DNA of 64,000 nt from Tubiluchus corallicola (GCA_030141605.1 JAQGDQ010000227.1:296458-360457); one strand, 5' to 3'; numbered from the stretch's first letter, positions 1 through 13,172 are shown. The notes: a model not told the origin generated them from the letters alone. Program-made: numbers and translations.

Positions 1-249
1 AAACCGCTAAACACGCTGACATACAAACTACACACGCGTCGTTACACGCTGCTTGGATGCTAACAAAGTGATGGCCCACCAACTAGTGGTCAGCTCACGA
101 AATAATGGACTGTGTCCGTAGTATGCGGGATATTTTAACAGCCCAGTTTTTTGTCCGATTCTTCTGATATCCGTAAAAGTGAAGTCCGACAAACCGAGAT
201 ATGAACGCTTATCTATAGTAAAAGTTCATTGAACATTATATACAAATAC

Positions 250-325
250 CTTCTTCATAAACAAGTAATCGGTTCGCGTGCATTTTTCTCTTATTATCTC
301 CAATGCGTTCAGGTCTTCTATCGTA
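250..325 (-). CDS. EFR3: EFR3 exon 12 (TIEDLNALEIIREKCTRTDYLFMKK); gene continues beyond the window start
   Basis: L.I.REK..R.D..FMKK pattern of EFR3; tag/gtattt junctions; phase matches exon 11. Confidence 0.88.
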
Positions 326-1399
326 CTAGAGTAAAACAAATAACAAGAAATACACTTAATGCATTTCAAACTATAAACAGAACGAAGTAATTCTGTTAGT
401 AAACACTAGTTCTCCTAGTAAACACTAAGAGACACATAGAATAAGAAAAGAAATTAATAATAAAGCTCATAAATTTGCTTACAAAACTCTTCATGAAAAT
501 GCCATGCAGTCCTTGAAATCTAACAAAGCTATGTACGCATATAAACACGAAAACTGTCTGTCTATTAATGTATGTAATGTATTTTAATACACCCATAATT
601 ATTTGTTCATTAATTTAATTTAAACATAATTTTATTATGCGGTTTATACCAGAAAGTTTTTACAACTTATGCGTGGGCACTCCCCACTTAGTAAATTTAA
701 CAACTTTTAGTGGTAACACATAAATATATATATATATATATATGTAAGTATCTACAAAGTTCTCATAGTTACTTGGTGTGAGTAAATACAATAACAAATG
801 GTAAATAGTTCAGCCTGCGTACTAAACTTGTTTATCAGTAAACAGTAAACATGCATGTTTGCTATATAGGGTATAGTACAAATCAATTACTCAATTCCAA
901 GAATCATCATTTAAAACGTCTCGGTTCGGTTATAAACAACTGTACACAATCAAATATTTTACGATTACCTACTGTCTGTTGTTATTTGTGCACGCCCACG
1001 TACGAGCCCCAAAATAGTTTCAGGTTAATGTCAGTTAGGTCACTATACCACCCAAATGGCGGCCAAAATAACGCTTTTTAGAGACGCTTGCTACAGTCAT
1101 ACGTGGCGATAACCCAGGTTTACGATGAGCGTGAAAAAGTATTAGGGCAAAGTGAATTCAGACCATTCAGACCACTCCAATGTACTGACCAAAATTGTGT
1201 TCAAAATGGCATTTTAAGGACATTTAACTATGTATGAGCTGTCTTTTTAGAAATTTTAGGTAGTTGTGAGTTCGAATACAACATCCTCACTCTATTTGGA
1301 TAACGACATCCAATATGGCAGCTTAAAAATGGATTCTAAAATAACAAATACGGCATGGGAGAATTCAGCTAGTCACAACTAAAACATTAGCTCTACTAA

Positions 1400-2510
1400 T
1401 TTCAAAACTCCTTATTTCTTCACTAAGCCAAACTCGGGATTTGGCAACCAAGGTTTTTACCGTAATTAATAAAGTAAGTGAATTTCGGAATATGATGCGA
1501 CAGTGTGAGGGCCAACAAGTAGAAGAAGAAATCCATTTCTTGTTTTATTGCTCCTTCTACAACCGGTTAAGACAAACTTTTTATTCTGATATAACAAGCA
1601 TCAATAGCAATTTTCTTTAACTTGAACAAAAATGAAAAGCTAAAATTCGCAATGGGAGTAACGACTGCGATATAACCAAAATAGTCACCCATCCAGGGAT
1701 GAGAATGACAAATTGGAAAAAACTCTGAAACAGGCTGGGGGTTTGGGGGCCGCGTAGCCCCCATGGGGGTTAGAGGGGTCCAAGGCGAAGCCCCCTTGGA
1801 GCCAGCAACAAATTGCAATTTTGTGACCATAGGGAGCCTCTAAGTGGACTTAAAATATCAGTTACTTTGTTTCATGCATAATTTAAAATACCCAACTTTC
1901 AAGGATACATGATACCTAATTGTCTCAAAAATGCCTAAGTACTGGCCGCTCCTATAAGTATATAAAAACTGTCTGCAATTGACTCAAATAACTCCGCACA
2001 ATTGATTCTATATTTTTATACATAGAGATATACACAGGGTTACACTGATGCATGTGGTGTAAACAAAGTGACGGCCTGCCAACTAGCGGCCAACTTGTGA
2101 AATAATGTATTGGGTCAGTAAAAATTTTGTCAACGAATTCACGCGATTTACAATAATGGTACTACTGGTTTTCCAAAAACTCAGAATCCTGCGTATCCGC
2201 GGAAAATTCTCATCCCTGCACCCATCACATTTTTAAGTGTTTTAAAAAGGAGTAAATAGTACTAACATGTAAATATTGATAATATTATTTATTATTTTTT
2301 TCATGATATGCTAACTATATCTGCGCTAAAATTATATATATATATATATACATGTATATATGCTATTTGTCATTTGCTATATATTTGCTATTTGTCACGA
2401 GTTTTTTGGCTCTATAGTTAATGTAATAGCTCTGTTTTGTACTTTTGTGTTTTCTTGTATGCATGTCATTGCAGTATATTGTATATGCCAATAATAAATT
2501 CAAAATTCTA
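1400..2510 (+). mobile_element. Decayed 3' end of a non-LTR retrotransposon, split by a hAT MITE
   Basis: 1495-1620 reads RQCEGQQVEEEIHFLFYCSFYNRLRQ (LINE ORF2 C-terminal zinc-knuckle pattern); AATAAA-like tail near 2495; 5' boundary uncertain. Confidence 0.55.
1694..2218. mobile_element. hAT-type MITE
   Basis: TIR CAGGGATGAGAAT/ATTCTCATCCCTG; perfect 8-bp TSD CACCCATC on both sides. Confidence 0.9.
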
Positions 2511-2540
2511 TATTTTGAAGCAAAACTCATAATTGCTCAC

Positions 2541-2719
2541 CTCGGAACGAGAAACAGATCTTCCGTACTGTGTCGATCTAGCAGAGAGCTCAGAATTTTC
2601 TGTACAATAACTCGAGTGGCTGTGTTATTACACAGTGTCATTCTGAGCAATGGATTCCATAGTTGAGGTGCAGAAGCATACGCTGAAGCTATAGTACTGT
2701 TCACATACTGTCTTGCAAC
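2541..2719 (-). CDS. EFR3: EFR3 exon 11 (VARQYVNSTIASAYASAPQLWNPLLRMTLCNNTATRVIVQKILSSLLDRHSTEDLFLVP)
   Basis: PLL...L...R..V...L..L.DRH pattern; tag/gtgagc junctions; open and in phase. Confidence 0.88.
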
Positions 2720-2917
2720 CTACACAAACGTTTAAAGGTCAATTTTAACATAAATACCAGCTTTTCTTAATTAGAAGGGCCAACCGTTGGTTAAAATTCA
2801 ACATTAATTTTACTAAAGTTAACAGCTTCCTTTTTAATCAAATTGGGCCTCAAAGTTGCATTTCCCCCCAAAAACATTTTGTTCGGTTTCTCGTGAAACT
2901 TCATAAAATCGCAGGCT

Positions 2918-3394
2918 AAACAAATGTGTTAGCAATGGGTTGCTTGGATACCGCGTCGTTTGTGCGATGTTGGATCTGTAAACAATGCTAAATGTGCTAG
3001 CAATGGTTTCCTTGGATACCGCGTCGTTTCTGCGACGCTGGATTCGTAAACAATGCTAAATGTGCTAGCAAATGTTTCCTTGGATACCGCATCATTTCTG
3101 CAATGCTGAATTTGTAAATAATGCTAAATGTGCTAGCAACGGTTTCCTTGGATACCGCGTCGTTTCTGCAACGCTGAATTTGTAAACAATGCTAAATGTG
3201 CTAGCAACGGTTTCCTTGGATACCGCGTCGTTTCTGCAACGCTGAATTTGTAAACAATGCTAAATGTGCTAGCAACGGTTTCCTTGGATACCGCGTCGTT
3301 TCTGCAACGCTGAATTTGTAATGCTAAATGTGCTAGCAACGGTTTCCTTGGATACCGCATCGTTTCTGCGATGCTGAATTTGTAAACAATGCTA
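2918..3394. repeat. 68-bp minisatellite, about 7 copies
   Basis: Unit aaacaatgctaaatgtgctagcaacggtttccttggataccgcgtcgtttctgcaacgctgaatttgt. Confidence 0.95.
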
Positions 3395-3584
3395 CACAGC
3401 AAACTGCAACGTGATGATCAAAAGCAAACACTGCCGCAACTAAGGCGAGTATTTCGCTGGCGTCATCTAGCGAGCAAAACGCGCGAAATGAAGTTTAAAA
3501 CTGTCTTCGAAAGTGACATTTCACATTTAATTCACATTTAATTTATTCTTATGCAAACCACCAAGAAAAAGTCAAAAGTATCAA

Positions 3585-5165
3585 AGTTTTAGAGCATTTT
3601 CACTCTAGAGCAATGTTAGTTTTAGAGCATTTTCACTCTGGAGCAATCTTAGTTTTAGAGCATTTTCACTCTGGAGCAATCTTAGTTTTAGAGCATTTTC
3701 ACTCTAGAGCAATCTTAGTTTTAGAGCATTTTCACTCTAGAGCAATGTTAGTTTTAGAGCATTTTCACTTTAGAGCAATCTTAGTTTTAGAGCATTTTCA
3801 CTCTAGAGCAATCTTAGTTTTAGAGCATTTTCACTCTGGAGCAATATTAGTTTTAGAGCATTTTCACTTTAGAGCAATCTTAGTTTTAGAGCATTTTCAC
3901 TCTACAGCAATGTTAGTTTTAGAGCATTTTCACTCTACAGCAATGTTAGTTTTAGAGCATTTTCACTTTAGAGCAATGTTAGTTTTAGAGCATTTTCACT
4001 TTAGAACAATCTTAGTTTTAGAGCATTTTCACTCTAGAGCAATCTTAGGTTTAGAGCATTTTCACTTTAGAGCAATCTTAGTTTTAGAGCATTTTCACTC
4101 TAGAGCAATCTTAGTTTTAGAGCATTTTCACTTTAGAGCAATCTTAGTTTTAGAGCATTTTCACTCTACAGCAATGTTAGTTTTAGAGCATTTTCACTCT
4201 ACAGCAATGTTAGTTTTAGAGCATTTTCACTTTAGAGCAATCTTAGTTTTAGAGCATTTTCACTCTAGAGCAATCTTAGTTTTAGATTTTCTCTAGAGCA
4301 TTATTTTGACATTTTCACTAGAGCAATCTTAGTTTTAGAGCATTTTCACTCTAGAGCAATCTTACTTTTAGAGCATTTTCACTCTAGAGCAATCTTAATT
4401 TTAGAGCATTTTCACTCTACAGCAATGTTAGTTTTAGAGCATTTTCACTCTAGAGCAATGTTAGTTTTAGAGCATTTTCACTCTAGAGCAATGTTAGTTT
4501 TAGAGCATTTTCACTCTACAGCAATGTTAGTTTTAGAGCATTTTCACTCTACAGCAATGTTAGTTTTAGAGCATTTTCACTTTAGAGCAATGTTAGTTTT
4601 AGAGCATTTTCACTCTAGAGCAATCTCAGTTTTAGAGCATTTTCACTCTAGAGCAATCTTACTTTTAGAGCATTTTCACTCTACAAGCAATGTTAGTTTT
4701 AGAGCATTTTCACTCTACAAGTAATGTTAGTTTTAGAGCATTTTCACTCTAGAGCAATGTTAGTTTTAGAGCATTTTCACTCTAGAGCAATGTTAGTTTT
4801 AGAGCATTTTCACTCTAGAGCAATCTTAGTTTTAGAGCATTTTCACTCTAGAGCAATCTTAGTTTTAGAGCATTTTCACTCTAGAGCAATCTTAGTTTTA
4901 GAGCATTTTCACTCTAGACCAATCTTAGTTTTAGAGCATTTTCGCTCTAGAGCAATCTTAGTTTTAGAGCATTTTTGCTCTAGAGCAATCTTAGTTTTAG
5001 AGCATTTTCACACTAGAGCAATCTTAGTTTTAGAGCATTTTCACTCTAGAGCAATCTTAGTTTTAGAGCATTTTCACTCTAGAGCAATCTTAGTTTTACA
5101 GCATTTTCACTCTCGAGCAATCTTAGTTTTAGAGCATTTTCAATCTGGAGCAATCTTAGTTTTAG
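3585..5165. repeat. 33-bp minisatellite, about 48 copies
   Basis: Unit ttagttttagagcattttcactctagagcaatc; source of the spurious ILVLEHFHSRA ORFs. Confidence 0.97.
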
Positions 5166-5347
5166 AAATTGGCTAATGCAGAAAATATCATCTATCCAGA
5201 CCCAACACTCTGATACACTCTGGCCTCAAGTCTCTTCTACTTTTAAGGAGAAATTCCTGTTAAAAGATGAAATGACCTTAATTTGTCGGCTTGTCTTTCC
5301 TGGTATAGCAGCAGAACTCTCAGCTAGAGCTGTAGCAAGCAGACATT

Positions 5348-5606
5348 GTGTGTACGATCACGCAAGTGTACACCAGACTAAGCTACTCAATAGGCTAAGT
5401 TGGGGTACCTGAAGTGCAAGTTTTTCTTAATTTCATCTAATTAAATCACTTATAAATGCTTAAACAAATAGCATGATTAGACAGCCGAGATTCTCCTGAA
5501 TTGAATAGTACCTAATTTGTAATCATTTAGCTATGTCTGTGCTCATACAGTAGCAGAAAAGTCATGGATCTTGTAAGACCTATTTTTGCGGTCCTGAAGG
5601 AGTTAA
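5348..5606. mobile_element. Dispersed repeat fragment ending ...GAAGGAGTTAA (piggyBac-like end); second copy at 12356-12620
   Basis: About 260 bp shared between the two loci, both ending in ctgaaggagTTAA. Confidence 0.6.
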
Positions 5607-5933
5607 TTTATGTCACAACAAGGCAAGGTATGTGTTTGCGCTTGAAGATTTTGGTAATGTAAACTGTATAGATATGAAATTACAGAATGTAGTCACAGAA
5701 AGCCAGCCAGCACTATGCTTCGCTTATTTACCTTATAGTACCTAATTTGTAATCATTTATGTTTGTGATCATACAGAAGCAGAAAAGATGTCTAATAAGA
5801 GCAATTTTGAAAGGTGCGGGTCTAATGAAGTTAATATTAACGAGAAAGCTTTGAAAATGGAAGAAGATTCGTCTTAGTTTACAGCACAATTTTCCATAAG
5901 ATGATTTTTCATGTCACAAGTGTCAAATAATAC

Positions 5934-6085
5934 CTCGAGTAATCCTTCCAGCGTAATCTGTTGAAGGCACAGATCATCATCACTCTTATCATCGATGACA
6001 CCAGCATCAACACTGGGAACCTTTCCCATGATGAACATCATTATATCAAGTTGCTGGTAGTTTGGAAGATTGCTAGCGAAAACAC
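5934..6085 (-). CDS. EFR3: EFR3 exon 10 (VFASNLPNYQQLDIMMFIMGKVPSVDAG...LQQITLEGLLE)
   Basis: F..NLP.YQ...IMMFIMGKVP signature; cag/gtatta junctions. Confidence 0.93.
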
Positions 6086-6332
6086 CTGCAGAATAAAGTT
6101 AGATGCATTAATGTTGGCAGTGTGCCTAACTGCCCAAAACAAAAACTGTACATGCAGCCATTACAAAAAAGATTTCAAATACATCTATATAATTGTTCAG
6201 TAGTCAAAGTTAGAGCAAAACTGGACCCAATCTTAAACTGTAGGTCAAAACGATCTACTCTTTAAAATATTTAAAGGACCCATACTATTTTCCAAAAATG
6301 ACTTATGTGAAGGAATTATTATCACACAAATC

Positions 6333-6733
6333 ATTGGTAATGAACTGGCAAAAAACTGATAATGAACTGGCGATAAACTGGTAACGTACTGGCGATGAAC
6401 TGGTAACGAACTGAAGATAAACTGGTAACAAACTGGCGATAAACTGGTAACGTACTGGCGATAAACTGGTAACGAACTGGCGATAAACTGGTAATGAACT
6501 GGCGATAAACTGGTAACGAACTGGCGATAAATTGGTAACAAACTGGCGATAAATTGGTAATGAACTGGCAATAAATTGATAAGGCACTGGCGTTAACTGG
6601 TAACGAACTGGGGATAAACTGGTAACGAACCGGAGATAAACTGGTAATGAACTGGTGATAAACTGATAATGAACCGGCGATAAACTGGTAATGGAACTGG
6701 CGATAAAATGGTCATGAACTGGCAATAAACTGA
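6333..6733. repeat. 22-bp (2x11) minisatellite
   Basis: Unit aactggcgataaactggtaacg. Confidence 0.9.
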
Positions 6734-7015
6734 ATATGCCAGCAAATTAGCGCTAGTAAATAATATACTACTAGCATATAATAATGATAATGATGATAAT
6801 AAAGTAAATAAAAATAATAATTTAATGCTAGTAAAAAGAGATGCTAGCAAGTAATTCCAGAGCGCTCAAATTTTTACGTAGTAGCTATACGCAATGACAT
6901 AGAAAAATACAGCTATCGGATGCACTGAATTTCGGGTTGAGCAGGCCTTGTCAGTCGTAGTTGTACCAAACTGCCCCCAAAGAAAGTAAAAGCAAAATTT
7001 CATTCCTTTGCAATA

Positions 7016-7519
7016 TTAATGTACATACAGTAAATACAGTAAGCTAATGTAATTAATGTACATACAGTAAATACAGTAAACTAATGTAATTAATGTACAT
7101 ACAATAAATACAGTGAACTAATGTAATTAATGTACATACAGTAAACTAATGTAATTAATGTACATACAGTAAATACAGTAAACTAATGTAATTAATGTAC
7201 ATACAGTCAATACAGTAAAATAATGTAATTAATGTACATACAGTAAACTAATGTAATTAATGTACATACAGTAAATACAGCAAACGAATGTAATTAATGT
7301 ACATACAGTAAATACAGTAAACTAATGTAATTAATGTACATACACTAAATACAGTAAATTAATGTAATTAATGTACATAGAGTAAATACAGTAAACTAAT
7401 GTAATTAATGTACATACACTAAATACAGTAAATTAATGTAATTAATGTACATACAGTAAATACAGTAAACTAATGTAGTTAATGTACATACAGCAAACTA
7501 ATGTAATTAATGTACATAC
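7016..7519. repeat. About 37-bp AT-rich minisatellite
   Basis: Unit taatgtacatacagtaaatacagtaaactaatgtaat, with shorter variants. Confidence 0.93.
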
Positions 7520-7645
7520 CCAAAAAAGTAAATTAATGTAATCTAACAATGACAAATGCCCACTAACTATGCGCCGTGAAAATTCGACCGAAACTGTTGC
7601 CAAACGGCAGAAACGGACCCAGGAAATCATTTCAAAATGTAGAAT

Positions 7646-7844
7646 TTGCTACGACAACAGTTCATACCTATCGTTGCTACGACAACAGTTCATACCTATC
7701 GTTGCTACGACAACAGTTCATACCTATCGTTGCTACGACAACAGTTCATACCTATCTTTGCTACGACAACAGTTCATACCTATCGTTGCTACGACAACAG
7801 TTCATACCTATCATTGCTACTATGACAACAGTTCATACCTATCG
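7646..7844. repeat. 28-bp minisatellite (7 copies) containing the EFR3 exon 9 splice donor
   Basis: Unit ttgctacgacaacagttcatacctatcg; the last copy overlaps the exon 9/intron junction. Confidence 0.95.
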
Positions 7845-7967
7845 TGTTGATGATTTCCTTTTGAAAAAGCGTCTCATCCGCAGCTTCTACCGCATCTTCC
7901 AGTTGCCTAGAGACAGACTGTCGCAGCTGCTTCAACATTTGATCAAAAACTTCCAAAATTGAAGGTC
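7839..7967 (-). CDS. EFR3: EFR3 exon 9 (GPSILEVFDQMLKQLRQSVSRQLEDAVEAADETLFQKEIINTIG)
   Basis: GP..LEVF..L..LR.SV motif; cag/gtatga junctions. Confidence 0.92.
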
Positions 7968-8163
7968 CTGTTTAGAGAAAAGCACAAGAACTAAAAGTCA
8001 CATTGAGATATATGGTAAAAAATTACACAGAATTATAAAGTGATTTGAACAGCTATTATTGGCAATGTACGAAAGTGAACAAACTTCTACACTTACTTAA
8101 ATATTGAATTACATACTCTCATACCATGGTACTGTAATTAGTTAATTATTACTTTCACTTTAA

Positions 8164-8833
8164 AGGACAAGAAAAGGGGCACCTGAAGTAGGTTTCAGAA
8201 AAATCGCCTTAAAAATTATATTACTTTACAGCAATTTTATGCACATAACTTATTCGCGTTGAAAGGAATTTTCGGTTGTTTGCATTTTAAATCTCCCGCA
8301 ATACTGTTCCGACGGCGCTATTACATGACATCACTAAAACGCGTAATTCAGGGGAAGAAAAGGAAATGTTAAATTATGACCCTAAAAACTTTCCGTGCAA
8401 ATCTATACTACTTAGCATTTCATTTACCTGCTGTAAAGATTTATGTAACTAAACTAATAATTTAAAATGTTTGTGCCAATTGGTAAAATGTTGCTGACTC
8501 ATCCTCCAGGGTGCGTCACTCACTAGCCAAAAACGTATTTTAAATCTTATTGACAAAATACACTAATTTGAAATTTTACTTAAGTAGCAACATGTATGCT
8601 ACGAGTGCTCTGATTATTTTTTAAAACTTTACTCAATGTTATCAAAACTTGTTTCAAACGACCTACCATTAAAATGGCTGCGCCTAACGGTCATCACGGG
8701 AGTTTAAATTTACACGTTTTATACAGCGTTACGGCCGATGCAAGCCATGCATACGAAAAGGTAGTATGCAAGTGGTATAAAATTTCGAGATGAATTTTTT
8801 AAGCTTAATGTAAGGGGATGGTTTTCTTGTGCT
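8164..8833 (+). mobile_element. TTAA-flanked MITE family A (Kolobok-like)
   Basis: TTAA|AGGACAAGAAAA ... TTTTCTTGTGCT|TTAA; at least 5 further copies in the window. Confidence 0.85.
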
Positions 8834-8913
8834 TTAACTCAATAACTGTTAATCCATCAAAATGCTGTAAGCAAAAGTTACTAGCACAATGCTTAGCAAA
8901 CTGCCCAACATAC

Positions 8914-9049
8914 CTACAGATCCCCCTGCAGCTATTGATACCGTCTCTTGTATCACTTGCACGATACCGACGCGTATTTTAGGTGCATCGGTGCTGTGCG
9001 CTTCCAAATGACTCAGCAGCATTTGAACAACGACGTACGAATATTGTGC
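8914..9049 (-). CDS. EFR3: EFR3 exon 8 (AQYSYVVVQMLLSHLEAHSTDAPKIRVGIVQVIQETVSIAAGGSVG)
   Basis: Resembles EFR3 AQYS...HL...DAP.VR.GI.QV...IAA.GS.G; tag/gtatgt junctions. Confidence 0.92.
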
Positions 9050-9094
9050 CTAAACAAGTTAAATAGAGATAGAAAAATTACAATTGCACTTTAA

Positions 9095-9633
9095 AGGAAA
9101 ACCGGACGATTGTGTAAACACGAGTTCAGAATAATGAATGCTCTAAAATATTGGAAACTACAATAGCTTATTTTTTAAATCAAAGCTTAGATTAAATAAT
9201 AATTACCTCGGATACTCAAATTTTGTTAAACTTTCAAAGGCGGCTCAGTGAATCTACTAAGATTGGCAGCGGTGCCTTTTTGTCACATTCGCGTGGCCGA
9301 CAAATAGAAAGTGGTACCATGATGACCATGATTATGAACTGCAGTGTTAGTTTCTGACGTCATATGATGTAGAGCTCATTTTCATGACATCATGCATTTA
9401 AGCAGTAACACATATGCAAACGTGCTTGATGCGCAAGGGAAGATGCCTGCCGTTCCACAAACTGTGGTTAGTTTCTGACGTAAGCAATAGCTGTGTTCGG
9501 TTGCCGTTAATTAATTTTCTAAGCTAATTATTCAAATATAAGAAACAATTGACAACATTTATTCTCAAGAAAATGAATGTTTTGGACAGTAAATTAAAAT
9601 GAGATTGAGTCTAAACAATCGTTTGGTCTTCCT
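9095..9633 (+). mobile_element. TTAA-flanked MITE family B (Kolobok-like)
   Basis: TIR AGGAAAACCGGACGATTGT / ACAATCGT..GGTCTTCCT with TTAA on both sides. Confidence 0.85.
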
Positions 9634-11469
9634 TTAAGAAGAAGTTTCTAATCATTGTCTTGTCGCTGGTATTCGTAAACACCAGAGGGTGAAGTGGTTG
9701 CATTGTTTTGAGTAAATAGTCTAGTTAATTTGACCAAAATTTTACTGGTAATATTGCTGCATCATTGCGTAAACTGCCCTTAATGTTATCATTTTTCAGT
9801 TGATACTTAAGAAGTTCGTTCAAACTTAGTCGTTACAGGTAGTTTGGAACGGGAAATCTATTTGATGTTCATCAAACTCTTAAGTTATTGCTTGATTAGT
9901 GCCCATATTACCATTTAAAATCTTTGAAAACACTGTCAAGCATTGGGTTGTCTCTAGCAGTGACTTTAAACAGGTTAGCAGCAGGGATGTTAAGGAAACG
10001 AAATTTTTGTTCCAGTTTCCCGATAATTGCGCTACGGTTAAGTTTTGGTTTCCCTCAAAATTTATTAAATTTCGGATAATTTTGGGTAGCATTTTTCCTA
10101 GGTTTCCGTAATATTTATCCAATTTACCTTTTCTTTTCTCTTAGGTGTCAAAAACAATATTTTGGAGAGTAAATTAAAATGATATTGAGTCTAAACAATC
10201 GTCCGGTTTAATAGAAGAACCAAGAATAAATCTGACTGCAGGGCATGAAAAGGCAGTGTGGTTTGAAGATTAGTTAAGAATGTACGACGAGTAGCCTTCG
10301 TTTATAGTTATAAAAGTCACATTTTCTTGAATTTAGAGAAAACAGTTTTCCTAATTTTGTAGCAAACTCGTACTGACACCAAACAATTTGCACACTAGCA
10401 ACAATGGCTTATTCAAGTTTGATATATATACTTTGATAACAGCCAGAAAATTACAATATTCAAGGAGTGAGTTTAAGGTTTACTAGACTTTCTCAGAATT
10501 GCAAAAAATGTCATCAGTTGTGTGCCTGATCACAGTGGGGGACAATCTAACAAGCCCCGCTTTTTTATTGCCCGCAACACATTTACATTTGTATATATAG
10601 CAAACCTAAACTATGGTATATCTAAACTAGTTATGTGCTGAAAGTAAACCGTATACGAGTTTACTAAGCAACATACAACAGCGATAATTCTCTTGTTTAT
10701 CTTTCAACCCCACAGTGTTTTGAGAATCAAGTTAGTAGCGATATCACTATCTTTGTTTACCATAGGTTGACCTATGTCTAAATCAGTTTAAATCATTTTT
10801 TCCAAAATTTGCTTCCTATTATGTATCTTACTGTTTGTTATTCATTGAATTATTGATAACTTTTTGTTTCTTTTAATGTAATAGTTGCGTATTTGTGTTG
10901 ATGTGAAATAAATAAACAAAAAAATAAAACAAGCCTGCCTAGCAAAAACATCCGGAAGTCGGCAGTTACGCTTTTTTAGTGATTCACACATCATGAATCA
11001 CTATTTCATGAAGATCATTTTGCTAGCAAGTTCTAACCTGGACTTTGCAAGACCCTACTACACTGAAATTACATTTAAGTCCAGTAGGGCCTTTCGGACG
11101 AACATCTAAGCTTGGTAACAGAAAAAACTGCATTGAAAAGAAGTGCAATGAGCTATTGTCGGAGTTTAAAAATACAAGTTTTCGATAAAAGCAATACTAG
11201 TTTTTATGCAAAGAAGTGGGTAAGGAGTTATAAAATTAAATTTTTCGCATCTTCTACACAATTTCATGATATTTTCCTGCTCGAACATAAAAGTTCAATT
11301 TATTTATCATTTGTTTTTGTGAAAAACAGAAACAATTGATTTATGGCCTAATTAATTTTTGATGCGACTTTGAATCATAACGCAGTTATAAATACGCTGA
11401 CTTGTAGACAATTTTCGCTTGCCAGTAAACAATTACATCCCCCACGTGTGAGTAACTAGAAAAAATTAC

Positions 11470-11680
11470 CTGAACAGAATACGTAATTATTTTCAGCAGT
11501 TTCTTCGCAAAGTCATTAGGCGACCACAGTACATGCAGATCTAGGTGCCGGAGTACAGGTGCAAGAACAGACTTTATGTTACCAAATGCAGCTCGACACA
11601 GAAGGTCACGGAAGCAGGTTTCAGCTAATGTGGCTGGCTTCACGTGGTGCTGTGAATCAGTTGAGATGATATCGGTGTCT
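11470..11680 (-). CDS. EFR3: EFR3 exon 7 (DTDII...PATLAETCFRDLLCRAAFGNIKSVLAPVLRHLDLHVLWSPNDFAKKLLKIITYSVQ)
   Basis: LAE.CFR.LL.RA.FGN motif; tag/gtaatt junctions; phase fits both neighbours. Confidence 0.92.
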
Positions 11681-11992
11681 CTAAGAAATAATTTCATGAC
11701 ATCATTTTAATCCGTTAAATACCAATAAAATGTAACTAGTCAATTTAAAATCAGATGAAAAGATGGAGCAACGATCATTGAACAATTTAATTATAATGTT
11801 TCCTAGCTATACTCTTGCAAGTTGGTCTGTCTCACCGAGATGTAATTGTTCAAGTTAAAGGAAAAGAAATCGTAATTTTAAAATAGATAATAAAGAACAT
11901 TCCAAGTTATGGTTACTGAGCATTAAATGAAAGGCCCTTCTTGCAGATCAATTAACACATTTTGCATGGGTTCATGAAAAACTTCTCTCACT

Positions 11993-12280
<288 letters not shown>

Positions 12281-12355
12281 GAAGAGGAATGACAGAAAGA
12301 GAGGGAGAGAAGATTAGGGAGACAGAGATGAGCAAGCAGGCAATCAGTAAATTAG

Positions 12356-12620
12356 TGTGTACAATCACCACAAGTACACACCACACTAAGCTACTCAATA
12401 GGCTAAGTTGGGATACCTGCAGTGCATGTTTTTCTTAATTTCATCTAATTAAATCACTTAGAAATGCTTAAACAAATAGCATGATTAGATAGCCGAGATT
12501 CTCCTGAATAGAACAGTGCATATTTTGCAATCATTTAGTTACATCTGTTCTCACACAGCAGCAGAAAAATCATACGTCTTATAAGACCTATTTTGAACGC
12601 TGCAGTGCTGAAGGAGTTAA
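12356..12620. mobile_element. Second copy of the ...GAAGGAGTTAA-ended repeat
   Basis: ctaagctactcaataggctaagttgg...gattctcctgaat matches 5378-5500. Confidence 0.6.
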
Positions 12621-12805
12621 GAAGCTTGTTGCTTTAGTAATAATTCTGAATTTAAATAAATATGTTTGTACAAAAAGAAACACGGGCTTGAATTGATAAA
12701 ATAATTCTGTGGCATCACTAAGTGATAAATCTCGAAATTAAGTTAAAAAATTATTAATAAATTCAACTTCAATTAGTAATGACACTTAGAAACAAGAATA
12801 CATAC

Positions 12806-12943
12806 GCTTCTTCATGCATATTAAACAACAACGAAGGAACAATTTTGTCCATGTGGGAGATATCCCAGATGTTGACCTGTAAATCATCGGCAACAGTCTT
12901 CCGAACGACGCCCTGTAATCCCTTTATGCCTGCCAGCCGCACC
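12806..12943 (-). CDS. EFR3: EFR3 exon 6 (VRLAGIKGLQGVVRKTVADDLQVNIWDISHMDKIVPSLLFNMHEEA)
   Basis: QGVVRKTV.D.L and HMDKIVPSLLFNM motifs; tag/gtatgt junctions. Confidence 0.95.
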
Positions 12944-13044
12944 CTAAACAAACACGAAATTACAATGAAGTGAAATGGATAAAAATATAGTCAATAACTG
13001 CTTGCTTTGCTGTTTTTCGCGCTTAAAGCTAATCCACGATGTAA

Positions 13045-13172
13045 CACTCACGTGCTATTGTACAAGGAAGTGAAGCCACTCGTGTGCTATTGTACAATGT
13101 AGTGAAGCCACTCGTGTGCTATTGTACAATGAAGTGAAGCCACTCGCGTGCTATTGTACAAGGAAGTGAAGC
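13045..13172. repeat. 32-bp tandem repeat, about 4 copies
   Basis: cactcgtgtgctattgtacaatgaagtgaagc. Confidence 0.9.

Noticed and set aside
3613-5176. ORFs of repeated ILVLEHFHSRA (up to 227 aa)
   Set aside because: Product of a 33-bp (multiple of 3) minisatellite antisense within an EFR3 intron; frames are broken by indels and there is no unique coding sequence
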